From the NCBI GenBank assembly GCA_027298165.1, contig JAPUGN010000002.1, positions 1 to 35,255 of the forward strand: a stretch of DNA of 35,255 nt, read 5' to 3'. Source of the stretch: Nitrospinota bacterium (GTDB lineage Bacteria; Nitrospinota; Nitrospinia; Nitrospinales; Nitrospinaceae). Position 1 is the stretch's first letter, and each line of letters starts with the position of its first letter. Below the pieces are notes generated by a model, which saw nothing but the letters and a program-made list of their open reading frames with translations, did not search any database and had not been told where the DNA came from. Both the position numbers and the translations under genes were made by a program. Shown here in pieces: positions 9,204 to 17,499 of the stretch.

Positions 9204-9755
9204 TTATTCTTTCCACTTGATGGAACAACCCATGGAGGAGACCTGGTCGGTGTTGACGTCCTGGTCGGTGAGGAGGGCTTCAATGGCATCTTTCAAATCG
9301 TGGCGGGTAATCTGGTCCGGGTGTTGCCAGTTGTCGTCGACCCGGCCCCGGTACTTCAGAGTCCGCTCGACTCCATAAACAAAAATATCCGGCGTGCAGA
9401 CAGCGTCATAGGCCTTCGCGGATGCCTGCGATTCATCGTACAGGTAGGGAAAGGGGAGGTTTTTTTTCTCGACGAGCGCCTTCATATTCTCCAGCGAATC
9501 ATCGGGATATTTTTTGGCATCGTTGACGTTGATGCCCACCAGCCGCACCCCCTTCTCCTCGTATTCTTTTTGCAGGTTGATCAATCGCCTCAACGTGGCT
9601 TTCACATATGGGCAGTGGTTGCACATGAAAATGATGACCAGGATCCTTTTATCCCCAAAGTTCATCAGGGAATACGTTTTACCATCGGTGCCGGGAAGAC
9701 TGAAATCGGGTGCCGGGGTGCCCAACGGAACCATGGTAGATTCAGCGTTTGCCAT
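9204..9755 (-). CDS. thioredoxin-fold thiol-disulfide oxidoreductase (AhpC/TSA-redoxin-like family)
   Basis: 183 aa. CxxC motif in FMCNHCPYV and the N-terminal APDFSLPGTDGK pattern typical of TlpA/redoxin-like proteins. The C-terminus is GCSIKWKE. It is the last gene of the minus-strand string. Confidence 0.85.
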   Translation of the reverse strand: MANAESTMVPLGTPAPDFSLPGTDGKTYSLMNFGDKRILVIIFMCNHCPYVKATLRRLINLQKEYEEKGVRLVGINVNDAKKYPDDSLENMKALVEKKNLPFPYLYDESQASAKAYDAVCTPDIFVYGVERTLKYRGRVDDNWQHPDQITRHDLKDAIEALLTDQDVNTDQVSSMGCSIKWKE

Positions 9756-9837
9756 GATCGAAATTTCCCTGTCGCCCTGAGTCTGTCGAAGGTTGAATTT
9801 AAGCTATTTCCAAAAGCGTTTCCTCAGCCGGAGGCTG

Positions 9838-10746
9838 TCAGCTTTTACAGCTCATACCGGAAACTCTACAAGTGTAACACGCTGAGTGGTAAAGCGGAAA
9901 GGGGCGCAGGGTTTCTTCGACGGTGTCGCCCATGCGCGCCTGATCTTCTTCGATCAGGATCGGGCATACGTATACGCCCTTGGCCGTCACCATGCGCGAG
10001 GAAGAGCATTGCAGGTTGGTGATGGGAAAATTCTCGAAACATTTTTCGGTGACGCGCTCGTTGGGATGGTATTCCCTTTCGTTCACCGCCAACTCTCCCA
10101 TCATAAATCCCGGCAAAAACTTCACCTGTGGATTCGTCACGCCGTGCTCCCGCATGAACGCCAGGGCTTTGGTTTCCATGGCGGGGTCGTCTTCGTCGTC
10201 CCAACTGCGCACCATGGTCAGGTGAGCGGAAAAACCCGCCTCCGCCAGGTAACGGATGCCGCGTAGAGCCAGCTTGAAGCAATTTCTGCCGCGAATAGCG
10301 TCGTTTTCTTTTTCGTCGAGGCTGTCGAGGCTGACCCGGAAATTTAATATGTTTTTGGATCGGGATTGCAACTCCGCCAGCTTCTGGGCTTTTTCTTTGC
10401 TGATGAGCAGGCCGTTGGTCAGGGTGTGGCAGGGGCCGTAGGCCAGAATCGCCTCGTAAATTTCCAACAGTTCCGGGTTGAGAAACACTTCGCCGCCGGT
10501 AATGTAGTAATCCTTGATGCCCAGATGCTTCGATTCCTCCAGATGTTTTTGGACCTGGGCCAGCGTCATCAGCGGATGATTATTATTTTGCGGCGTGCAA
10601 CTGATGAAGCAGTGCGTGCAGGTCAGGTTGCACACCGTGCCGCCGATCTGGAGCCACAGCGTATCGAGCCCCGCCATCGGCACTTCGGGGATTTTCGTGA
10701 TCTCAGGCGTGTTTTCCGGAATCGAGATGTGCGGTGCAAAATTCAT
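9838..10746 (-). CDS. radical SAM enzyme with C-terminal Cys-rich (twitch/SPASM-like) region
   Basis: 302 aa. Canonical cluster motif CNLTCTHC (C39-x3-C43-x2-C46), then YITGGEVFLNPE (GGE SAM-binding motif). The C-terminus has C-x9-G-x3-C (CSSSRMVTAKGVYVC) and C-x2-C-x6-C (CYTCRVSGMSC). The substrate is unknown. Confidence 0.85.
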   Translation of the reverse strand: MNFAPHISIPENTPEITKIPEVPMAGLDTLWLQIGGTVCNLTCTHCFISCTPQNNNHPLMTLAQVQKHLEESKHLGIKDYYITGGEVFLNPELLEIYEAILAYGPCHTLTNGLLISKEKAQKLAELQSRSKNILNFRVSLDSLDEKENDAIRGRNCFKLALRGIRYLAEAGFSAHLTMVRSWDDEDDPAMETKALAFMREHGVTNPQVKFLPGFMMGELAVNEREYHPNERVTEKCFENFPITNLQCSSSRMVTAKGVYVCPILIEEDQARMGDTVEETLRPFPLYHSACYTCRVSGMSCKS

Positions 10747-10859
10747 AATGTCAGCCTATCAGAAAGAGTGATTCAAGTTCAACCGGGAACGGGACTTGTC
10801 TGTAAAATCCGTTAGATAGAAGTCGGGCGGCGGCGGGAAAGCTTACAGGAAAATTCGGG

Positions 10860-11981
10860 TCAAAGCCCGGCGGATTCGTAGGAGTCGCTGACGTTTTTGA
10901 TGCGCAGTTTGCGGCGCAGGGCGGCAAAGCCTTCCGAGGCGGTTTTGCCGAGAGTCGACTGATACACCGGCCGTTGGGCGAGTTTCGCGGTGTCCGCCGG
11001 GTCGGTGTAAAAGTTGGCATCCAACGGGCTGATCCAGCCGCCTGCCGGGTACAGCCATTTCAAGTTGAGTTTTTCCTTATGGGTGGTTTTGTGGAGGTGA
11101 TCGGCCACGCGTCGCACTTCCTGCAGTTCGTCCGGCAGATGCAGGCCGCGCTCAGGAATCTGGATCAGCGGCAGGATGCCTTGTTTCGACAGGGCGATGA
11201 TTTTTTCCTGCAACGGTTGCGGATGCTTAAAGTCCAGCGCCAGCTCGGTGGACACGGTGCCCGCGCCGAACACCCCCGCCGCATATTCCAGCGCCTTGGC
11301 CCCCTGCTTGGCGGGCAGAGCGGGTTGCAGGCCACCGTCCGCCGCATATTGTTCGAGCGGGAAGGTGATCAAATCCACCCCCGCCGCGTAAAACGAATCG
11401 ATCACTCCGAGATCGTCCGGCGGGAATCCGCGCAGGGCGACAAAGGTCCGGAAATTTTTCTTGATGCTTTGCACCAATGGCGCGAGGCGGGAAAACCCCC
11501 GGTCCTTTTCCACGCAATGCTCCATGTTGAGTTGCACCAGATCGGCCACCCCTTCCTGAAATGCGGCGCGAACCAGGTGGAGGGTGTCTTCCAGGCTCAA
11601 GTTCAGCTGGCGCGTGTCGGTCTCCAGGCTCAGGTGTAGGTTGAGGCAGTAGCCGTTGAGTTGAATAAAAGCCGACGCCGGGTTGCGGGCCGCCTGCCGT
11701 TCTTTTAAAAAACCCGGCGCGGGAATGACGCCGATCTCCAGCGGCCCGGTTTCCGTTGCCAGCACCACTTTATCTTTCTCAATGTTAATCAGATAGGCCG
11801 CATCCTTGTCCGGGTTCACCCGCGCGCGCACGAAAAAGTTTTCCGCCAGCGACAGAACGAGGGCCTGTCCGTCGTTATCGGGAAAGAGTCCCGGCGCGAC
11901 GCGGTCATCGCTCCGCACGTTTTTGGCGAAGGCTATGCCCCGGTGCAGAAGTTTCAGTTTGAGTTGTCCCAGTGTGTTCAT
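10860..11981 (-). CDS. uncharacterised protein, radical-SAM-like barrel with decayed cluster motif
   Basis: 373-aa ORF whose ATG lies 3 nt after the mpl stop (TAA cgt ATG). Where a radical SAM motif would be expected it has FIQLNGYCLNLHLSLE, that is C-x3-H-x2-L, and there are only 2 Cys in the whole protein. Later segments (GVDLITFPLE, ILPLIQIPERG) look like beta/alpha-barrel strands. The fold assignment is inference only. Confidence 0.6.
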   Translation of the reverse strand: MNTLGQLKLKLLHRGIAFAKNVRSDDRVAPGLFPDNDGQALVLSLAENFFVRARVNPDKDAAYLINIEKDKVVLATETGPLEIGVIPAPGFLKERQAARNPASAFIQLNGYCLNLHLSLETDTRQLNLSLEDTLHLVRAAFQEGVADLVQLNMEHCVEKDRGFSRLAPLVQSIKKNFRTFVALRGFPPDDLGVIDSFYAAGVDLITFPLEQYAADGGLQPALPAKQGAKALEYAAGVFGAGTVSTELALDFKHPQPLQEKIIALSKQGILPLIQIPERGLHLPDELQEVRRVADHLHKTTHKEKLNLKWLYPAGGWISPLDANFYTDPADTAKLAQRPVYQSTLGKTASEGFAALRRKLRIKNVSDSYESAGL

Positions 11982-11984
11982 ACG

Positions 11985-13388
11985 TTATAAACGGTCCAGC
12001 AGTTTCTTGTGAATGCCGTCAAACCCGCCGGAAGACATGATCATGACTACGTCGCCCGGTTGCTGATGTTCGGCGATAAAATCGATGATCTCCTCCACCG
12101 TCGGGAAGAACCAGGCTTCGCGCCCTTTTTCCTTAATCGCCGCCACCACTTTTTTCGGATCGAGCCGTTCCTCTGCCTTCACTTTCTCCGGCGCAAACAG
12201 ATCGGCGATGATCGTCTTATCCGCCAACTTAAAACTGTCCGGCAGGGATTCCTCGAACACTTTGCGCCGCGAGGTGGCGGATCGCGGCTCGAACACCGCC
12301 CAGATGCGGCCATCCGGCCAGGCGTCTTTCGCTCCTTCCAGGGTCAGGTGGATGGCGGTGGGGTGATGCGCGAAATCGTCGATCACCGTCACCTCGTTTT
12401 TTTCGCCCACCACTTCCTGACGCCGTTTGATCCCTTTGAATTCCTGCAGGCCTTGGGACACCGCTTCCGCCGAGAGGCCGCACTTGAGAGCCAGAGCCGT
12501 CACTGCAACGGCGTTCAGCACGTTGTGCCGGCCGATCATCGGCAGGTGAAACTGCCTGACTTCGGTGCCCTTGTGTTTCAGGGTGAACCGCCCGTGCCCG
12601 TCGGCGAACTGATAACCGGCGACCTGCCAGTCGGCTTGGTCCGAAAACCCGTAGGTTTCCACTTCGCATGGGGCGTGGTTAATGACATCTTTCGTGTTTT
12701 GATCGGAAATTTCAACTAAAAGAAAACCCTTGGGATCGATAATCTTCATAAATTTCCGGAACGATTCCTTGATATGGTCGAGATCCCTGAAGATATCGGC
12801 GTGATCGAACTCGATACTCGTCAAGATAGCGGCATACGGCCGGTAGTGCAGGAACTTGGGTCCTTTGTCGAAAAAGGCGGTGTCGTATTCGTCTCCCTCG
12901 GTGATGAACCAGTCGCCCTGGGGCAGTTGGTGATTGGTGTCGAAATTCTTGAGCCAACCACCGACCATGAATCCGGGTTTCTGTCCGCAAACCTCAAACA
13001 CCCAGCTCAGCAGGGCGGAGGTGGTGGTTTTGCCGTGGGTGCCGGTGACCACCAGCGATTTCCGGCCCTCCAGGAAAAACCGGGAAAGCGCCTGCGGCAT
13101 GGAGATATACGGAATGTCCGCCGCCTGCACCGCCAGGACTTCCTCATTATCTTTGGACACGGCGTTGCCCACGACCACCAGATCGATCTCCCCGGTGATG
13201 TTTTCCTTGTGATAGCCGGGCTTGATTTCGATCCCGGCGTTTTCCAGCAGAGTGCTCATCGGCGGATAGACGTTAGCGTCCGACCCGGTCACGCGGTACA
13301 CGGCCCCTTTCAGGAGCCCGGCGAGGGATGCCATACCGGTCCCGCAAATGGCGATAATGTATATGTTTTTAATGTCCTGGGTATTCAT
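11985..13388 (-). CDS. mpl: UDP-N-acetylmuramate:L-alanyl-gamma-D-glutamyl-meso-diaminopimelate ligase (Mpl)
   Basis: N-terminus IAICGTGMASLAGLL...VTGSDANVYPPMSTLLENAGIE is the Mpl signature rather than MurC. Mur-ligase P-loop GTHGKTTT. The longest ORF starts at TTG 13400; I prefer ATG 13388 (MNTQDIKNIYII). Confidence 0.85.
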   Translation of the reverse strand: MNTQDIKNIYIIAICGTGMASLAGLLKGAVYRVTGSDANVYPPMSTLLENAGIEIKPGYHKENITGEIDLVVVGNAVSKDNEEVLAVQAADIPYISMPQALSRFFLEGRKSLVVTGTHGKTTTSALLSWVFEVCGQKPGFMVGGWLKNFDTNHQLPQGDWFITEGDEYDTAFFDKGPKFLHYRPYAAILTSIEFDHADIFRDLDHIKESFRKFMKIIDPKGFLLVEISDQNTKDVINHAPCEVETYGFSDQADWQVAGYQFADGHGRFTLKHKGTEVRQFHLPMIGRHNVLNAVAVTALALKCGLSAEAVSQGLQEFKGIKRRQEVVGEKNEVTVIDDFAHHPTAIHLTLEGAKDAWPDGRIWAVFEPRSATSRRKVFEESLPDSFKLADKTIIADLFAPEKVKAEERLDPKKVVAAIKEKGREAWFFPTVEEIIDFIAEHQQPGDVVMIMSSGGFDGIHKKLLDRL

Positions 13389-13443
13389 GGGAATCGGCAA
13401 TTGTAGGCAGTCCCCGAAGTAAAGTCAAATGAGGCGTGCGCGG

Positions 13444-14088
13444 TCAGTGAAAGAGTTGTTTCAGTTCCGAAAGGTCGTCGATGATCCAGTCCGGTTGGAC
13501 GGTTTCGAGCGAGGCGCGTCCGGCGTGGCCGTAGGTGACGCCGCAGGTTTTGACCCCGGCGCGTTTTCCGGTTTCGATGTCCACCAGGCTGTCGCCGACC
13601 ATGAGGGTTGCCTGCGGGCGCACCCGGTGCTGTTCCATGATGTGACGGAGGCCGACGGGGTCGGGTTTTTTCGCCGCCATCAGGTCGCCGCCGATGATGG
13701 TCTTGAACGGAGCGCGGCAGTCGAGGGCGTCCAGTATCCGGGTGATGAAGGAGGTGGGTTTGTTGGACAGGATGGTTTTGGGTGTGCCCGAAAAATGATC
13801 GAGGGTTTTGCGGCAGTTCGGGAAGAGATCGGTCTGGTCCATCAGGTGTTCGTCGTAATGCCGCATGAAGGCGTCGACCGCGCGGGGCACGTCGCTGTAT
13901 CCCGTACCTTCCAGTGACCGGGTCATCAGCTGGTCCACGCCTTTGCCGATGAAGGTGAACAGGGTTTCGCGGTCGCGCGTTGGGAGTCCCATTTCTTCGA
14001 GTGCGCGGTTGACCGAATCGACGATGTCCTTTTGAGTGTCGACCAGCGTGCCGTCGAAATCGAACACGAACAGTTGGAAGGAGGTCAT
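13444..14088 (-). CDS. HAD-IA family hydrolase (phosphoglycolate-phosphatase-like)
   Basis: 214 aa. Motif I FDFDGTLVDT, motif II ILSNK, motif IV-like VGDSLVDIETG. Confidence 0.85.
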   Translation of the reverse strand: MTSFQLFVFDFDGTLVDTQKDIVDSVNRALEEMGLPTRDRETLFTFIGKGVDQLMTRSLEGTGYSDVPRAVDAFMRHYDEHLMDQTDLFPNCRKTLDHFSGTPKTILSNKPTSFITRILDALDCRAPFKTIIGGDLMAAKKPDPVGLRHIMEQHRVRPQATLMVGDSLVDIETGKRAGVKTCGVTYGHAGRASLETVQPDWIIDDLSELKQLFH

Positions 14089-14126
14089 AGCATCAGGGCT
14101 GCAAAAGATCTGGGCGCACGCGGGGC

Positions 14127-14438
14127 CTATTCATCCAAATTGGAAGCGTAGCGGTAAGCCTTGACAACGTTATTCTGGCCGAACAGGATCACCAGTTCCT
14201 TGGATTTGTCATCGCCGACGGCACTCCAACTGTCGAACTGGAACGTCCACATGGGATCGCCGTTGCGCATCCCTTCAATATAGGGCAAGCCGAACCAATC
14301 GAGGATCTGCGACTGAGTGGTGACGCCGTTTTGGATATTGCCGATATGCAGAACCGGAAAGTTTTTGCCCGTCGATCCGCAACCGGCCAAGAGCAGTGTG
14401 AGCCACAGTGCGGAAAAGAGGGGTGCGAGATGCTTCAT
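14127..14438 (-). CDS. small lipoprotein, SmpA/OmlA (BamE-like) domain
   Basis: 103 aa with GGAGG 7 nt upstream. Signal peptide with lipobox LLLAGC. The mature part has the BamE-like pattern (GVTTQSQILDWFGLP). Confidence 0.7.
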   Translation of the reverse strand: MKHLAPLFSALWLTLLLAGCGSTGKNFPVLHIGNIQNGVTTQSQILDWFGLPYIEGMRNGDPMWTFQFDSWSAVGDDKSKELVILFGQNNVVKAYRYASNLDE

Positions 14439-14508
14439 GAAGGACCTCCATGGGATAGGGATTGAATATTAAGGGTCAAACCTGTACAAGGATAAAACCT
14501 GCGCGGCC

Positions 14509-14537
14509 GGGCCAGCGTGACGCTGGACCCATTTTTT
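14509..14537 (+). terminator. orphan intrinsic-terminator-like hairpin in divergent intergenic region
   Basis: gggccagcg-tga-cgctggaccc (9 bp with one bulged A) followed by a-tttttt (14532..14537). No plus-strand gene lies upstream; the flanking genes diverge from this region. Confidence 0.35.
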
Positions 14538-14640
14538 AATTGCGCCCAAGGATCAATGGACGCAGACAACTGTCAGCAAATTGCCTCCCCTGCCAAGGGG
14601 CCGGGTAGGAGCGGCCACAGTGTAACAAATTGGACTGCAA

Positions 14641-15696
14641 ATGTGTAACCTCTCCACGACTCATCCGTTTCGCCGATATGCCGGGCGGATTTTTGGGGTG
14701 CTGTTCCTCTGGGCGTGCGCCGGATGCGTGACCGGACCGGCCCCCGCCGGCGATGCCGGAACCCCGCCTCCGGTAACCGCGGAACTGCTCACCTCGACGG
14801 ACTGGGAACCCGACGGCTACGTCGAAGCCATCCCGTCTCTGCCTGTCAAAGGCTACCTCCTGCAGGCGCTGGCGCAGAACGTTTATTTCTTTTCCAACGG
14901 GGTCTACAATACCCTGTTCGTCGCCACCGCTCAGGGCGTGATCCTGGTCGATCCCATTCGCGGTGCCGGACCGCTGTTGCAGAAAGCCATCCGGGAGGTG
15001 ACGGACCAGCCGGTCAAAATCATGATCTATTCCCATCCGCACTTGGATCACATCGGCGATGCGTTCCTGTTCGCCGACGGAACGCAAATCGTCGCGCACA
15101 AGGAAACGCAGAAACTGTTGCAACGGTACAAAGACCCGGCGCGGCCGATACCGCACATTACGTTTGGTGAAAAGTCGGTCCTCGAGTTGGGCGGGGTGCG
15201 CGTCGATCTGATTTATTCCGGCGAGGGACACGGCAAGGGCAACATCATGATCTATCTGCCTCAGAAACGCATCCTGATGTACGTCGACGTCGCCACGCCG
15301 AAAGCGGTGCCGTTTAAAAATTTTGTCACGGTTGATATCTACAGCCAGGTGGTGGGATTGAAACGCGCCCTGCAACTGGACTTCGACACCTACGTCGCCG
15401 GGCACTTGTACCGTCCGGGCAAGCGCGTCGAGATGGAAGAAGTGTTGAACTATTACCTGGCGGCCAAGCGCGCCAACAAGGAGGCGCTTCGCCGGGTCCA
15501 TATCCGCGATGTTATGCGGCGGTCCCGCTCCGGGGACATCGAACGCAAGATGGGGGAATATTATGAGGCGGTGGCGGAGGAATGTTACCGCCTGTTGAAA
15601 CCGGAATGGAAACCCCGCCTGATGGGATTCGAAGCCTTCGCTCGCGGCCACTGCGATACCTGGACCGCCTTCCACCGCACCCACCAAGCTCCCTAG
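14641..15696 (+). CDS. MBL-fold metallo-hydrolase, probable lipoprotein
   Basis: 351 aa. N-terminal signal with Cys-containing cleavage region (VLFLWACAGC). Metallo-beta-lactamase motif YSHPHLDHIGD (HxHxDH) and a later H in GEGHGKGN. Confidence 0.8.
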   Translation: MCNLSTTHPFRRYAGRIFGVLFLWACAGCVTGPAPAGDAGTPPPVTAELLTSTDWEPDGYVEAIPSLPVKGYLLQALAQNVYFFSNGVYNTLFVATAQGVILVDPIRGAGPLLQKAIREVTDQPVKIMIYSHPHLDHIGDAFLFADGTQIVAHKETQKLLQRYKDPARPIPHITFGEKSVLELGGVRVDLIYSGEGHGKGNIMIYLPQKRILMYVDVATPKAVPFKNFVTVDIYSQVVGLKRALQLDFDTYVAGHLYRPGKRVEMEEVLNYYLAAKRANKEALRRVHIRDVMRRSRSGDIERKMGEYYEAVAEECYRLLKPEWKPRLMGFEAFARGHCDTWTAFHRTHQAP

Positions 15697-15832
15697 GCAA
15701 GTGGTTACCCTGGGTCTGGTTGGGATTTAATTCTTAATTGGGTAAAGTTTTTAGAATTTCCTATACAATATCCACAATATTATTTGCAGTACGGATGGGT
15801 TCTTCGACCGCAGGGAATCTCAGGAGGTTTTC

Positions 15833-17473
15833 GTGAAAGCGTCTGATCTTTTTGTCCGGTCTCTTGAACAGGAAGGTGTGAAATATATTTTTGGGGTTCC
15901 CGGAGAGGAAAACCTCGATTTTCTTGAATCGTTAAGAACTTCGAGCATTCAATTGATTCTGACGCGCCATGAGCAGGCGGCGGGGTTCATGGCGGCGACC
16001 TACGGGCGGTTGACAGGCAAGGTCGGGGTGTGTTTGTCCACACTGGGACCGGGAGCCACCAACTTGGTAACCGCCGCGGCCTACGCTCAGCTGGGCGCTA
16101 TGCCGATCCTGATGATATCCGGACAGAAACCCATCAAGAAAAGCAAGCAGGGGCGCTTTCAAATTATCGATATCGTTGAAATGATGCGTCCGCTCACCAA
16201 ATTCACCAAACAGATCGTACATGGCAACAGTATCCCGGTGTTGATTCGCGAGGCCGTTCGTTTGGCCCAGGAGGAACGTCCGGGAGCCGTCCATCTTGAA
16301 TTGCCGGAGGATATTGCCATCGAGGAATGTACCGCCAGTCCTTATCCGGTGAGGCATGCGCGGCGGCCGCAAGCGGATGAAGCGGTGATCGACCGGGCGG
16401 TCGCCATGATCCGTTCCGCCAGCCAGCCGCTCCTTTTGATCGGGGCCGGCGCCAACCGCAACCGGACGTGTCAGGCCTTGCGGCAATTGATCGACAATAC
16501 CGGAATTTACTTTTTTAATACGCAAATGGGCAAAGGCGTAGTCGATGAGCGGCATCCTCATTTCCTCGGAACGGCGGCCCTTTCCGACAAGGATTACCTG
16601 CACTGCGCGATCGACCGCGCCGATTTGATCATCAACGTCGGCCACGACGTGATTGAAAAGCCGCCTTTTTTCATGGAGGAAGGTGGCTCGACAGTCATTC
16701 ACATCAATTATTTTTCCGCCCAAGTCGATGAAGTGTATTTTCCGCAGCTGGAAGTCGTGGGGGATATCGCCTGGAGTATTGACGTTTTGGCCGCCCGGCT
16801 GGAGAAAGAGGAGCATTGGAATTTCGGTTATTTGGAACGGGTTAAAAAGGAAATCGAACTTCATGTGGAGGAGCGAAGCCGGGACGCGCCCTTTCCCGTT
16901 CTCCCCCAACACCTGGTGGCGCAAATCCGTAATGCCATGCCGGATGACGGTATCATCACCCTCGATAATGGGGTCTACAAGATCTGGTTTGCCCGAAACT
17001 ACAAAGCCTACGCGCCGAACACGGTGTTGCTCGACAATGCGCTGGCCACCATGGGGGCGGGATTGCCCTCGGCCATGGCCGCCAAAATCGTTCATCCCGA
17101 TAGAAAAGTCATGGCCATCTGCGGCGACGGCGGTTTTATGATGAACTCTCAGGAAATGGAAACGGCGGTCCGGTTGAAACTGGACCTCGTCGTTCTTATC
17201 CTGCGTGATGACGCCTACGGGATGATCAAATGGAAGCAGGCAGCAATGGGATTCAAGGAATTCGGCTTGGATTACGGCAATCCCGATTTCGTACAATACG
17301 CCCGATCTTATGGCGCCGAGGGACACCGTTTGGAGTCCACCGATCAACTCGCCGGATTTCTCAAAAACTGCCTGGCCGCGCCGGGGATTCATCTGGTTGA
17401 CGTGCCCATCGATTATTCCGAGAACGAGCGGGTGTTGATCGAAGAATTGAATGCCATTACCTGTATCATATGA
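15833..17473 (+). CDS. thiamine-diphosphate-dependent enzyme, acetolactate-synthase-large-subunit-like (possible 2-oxoacid decarboxylase)
   Basis: 546 aa, GTG start with AGGAGG 6 nt upstream. N-terminal PYR domain (GVKYIFGVPGEENLDF, RHEQAAGFMA). ThDP-binding motif GDGGFMMNSQEMETAVR. The exact reaction cannot be called from sequence alone. Confidence 0.85.
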   Translation: MKASDLFVRSLEQEGVKYIFGVPGEENLDFLESLRTSSIQLILTRHEQAAGFMAATYGRLTGKVGVCLSTLGPGATNLVTAAAYAQLGAMPILMISGQKPIKKSKQGRFQIIDIVEMMRPLTKFTKQIVHGNSIPVLIREAVRLAQEERPGAVHLELPEDIAIEECTASPYPVRHARRPQADEAVIDRAVAMIRSASQPLLLIGAGANRNRTCQALRQLIDNTGIYFFNTQMGKGVVDERHPHFLGTAALSDKDYLHCAIDRADLIINVGHDVIEKPPFFMEEGGSTVIHINYFSAQVDEVYFPQLEVVGDIAWSIDVLAARLEKEEHWNFGYLERVKKEIELHVEERSRDAPFPVLPQHLVAQIRNAMPDDGIITLDNGVYKIWFARNYKAYAPNTVLLDNALATMGAGLPSAMAAKIVHPDRKVMAICGDGGFMMNSQEMETAVRLKLDLVVLILRDDAYGMIKWKQAAMGFKEFGLDYGNPDFVQYARSYGAEGHRLESTDQLAGFLKNCLAAPGIHLVDVPIDYSENERVLIEELNAITCII

Positions 17474-17499
17474 ATCTTGTCTTGGAATAGGAGCTGGCG

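Noticed and set aside
9756-10859. Search for a RiPP precursor peptide next to the radical SAM gene (intergenic regions 9756..9837 and 10747..10859, plus the 89-aa ORF 10751..11020)
   Set aside because: Neither intergenic region has a start-codon-initiated ORF on the minus strand. The 89-aa ORF overlaps the 3' end of the 373-aa gene out of frame and is Pro/Arg-rich shadow sequence.
14512-14526. The hairpin at 14512..14526 and the segment 20619..20631 (ttcgccgggacgc) as additional copies of the REP-like element
   Set aside because: They share only 12-13 nt (the latter with a 4-nt gap) with the 28-nt element. That level of similarity is expected by chance in GC-rich sequence. It is mentioned in the findings but not counted as a copy.
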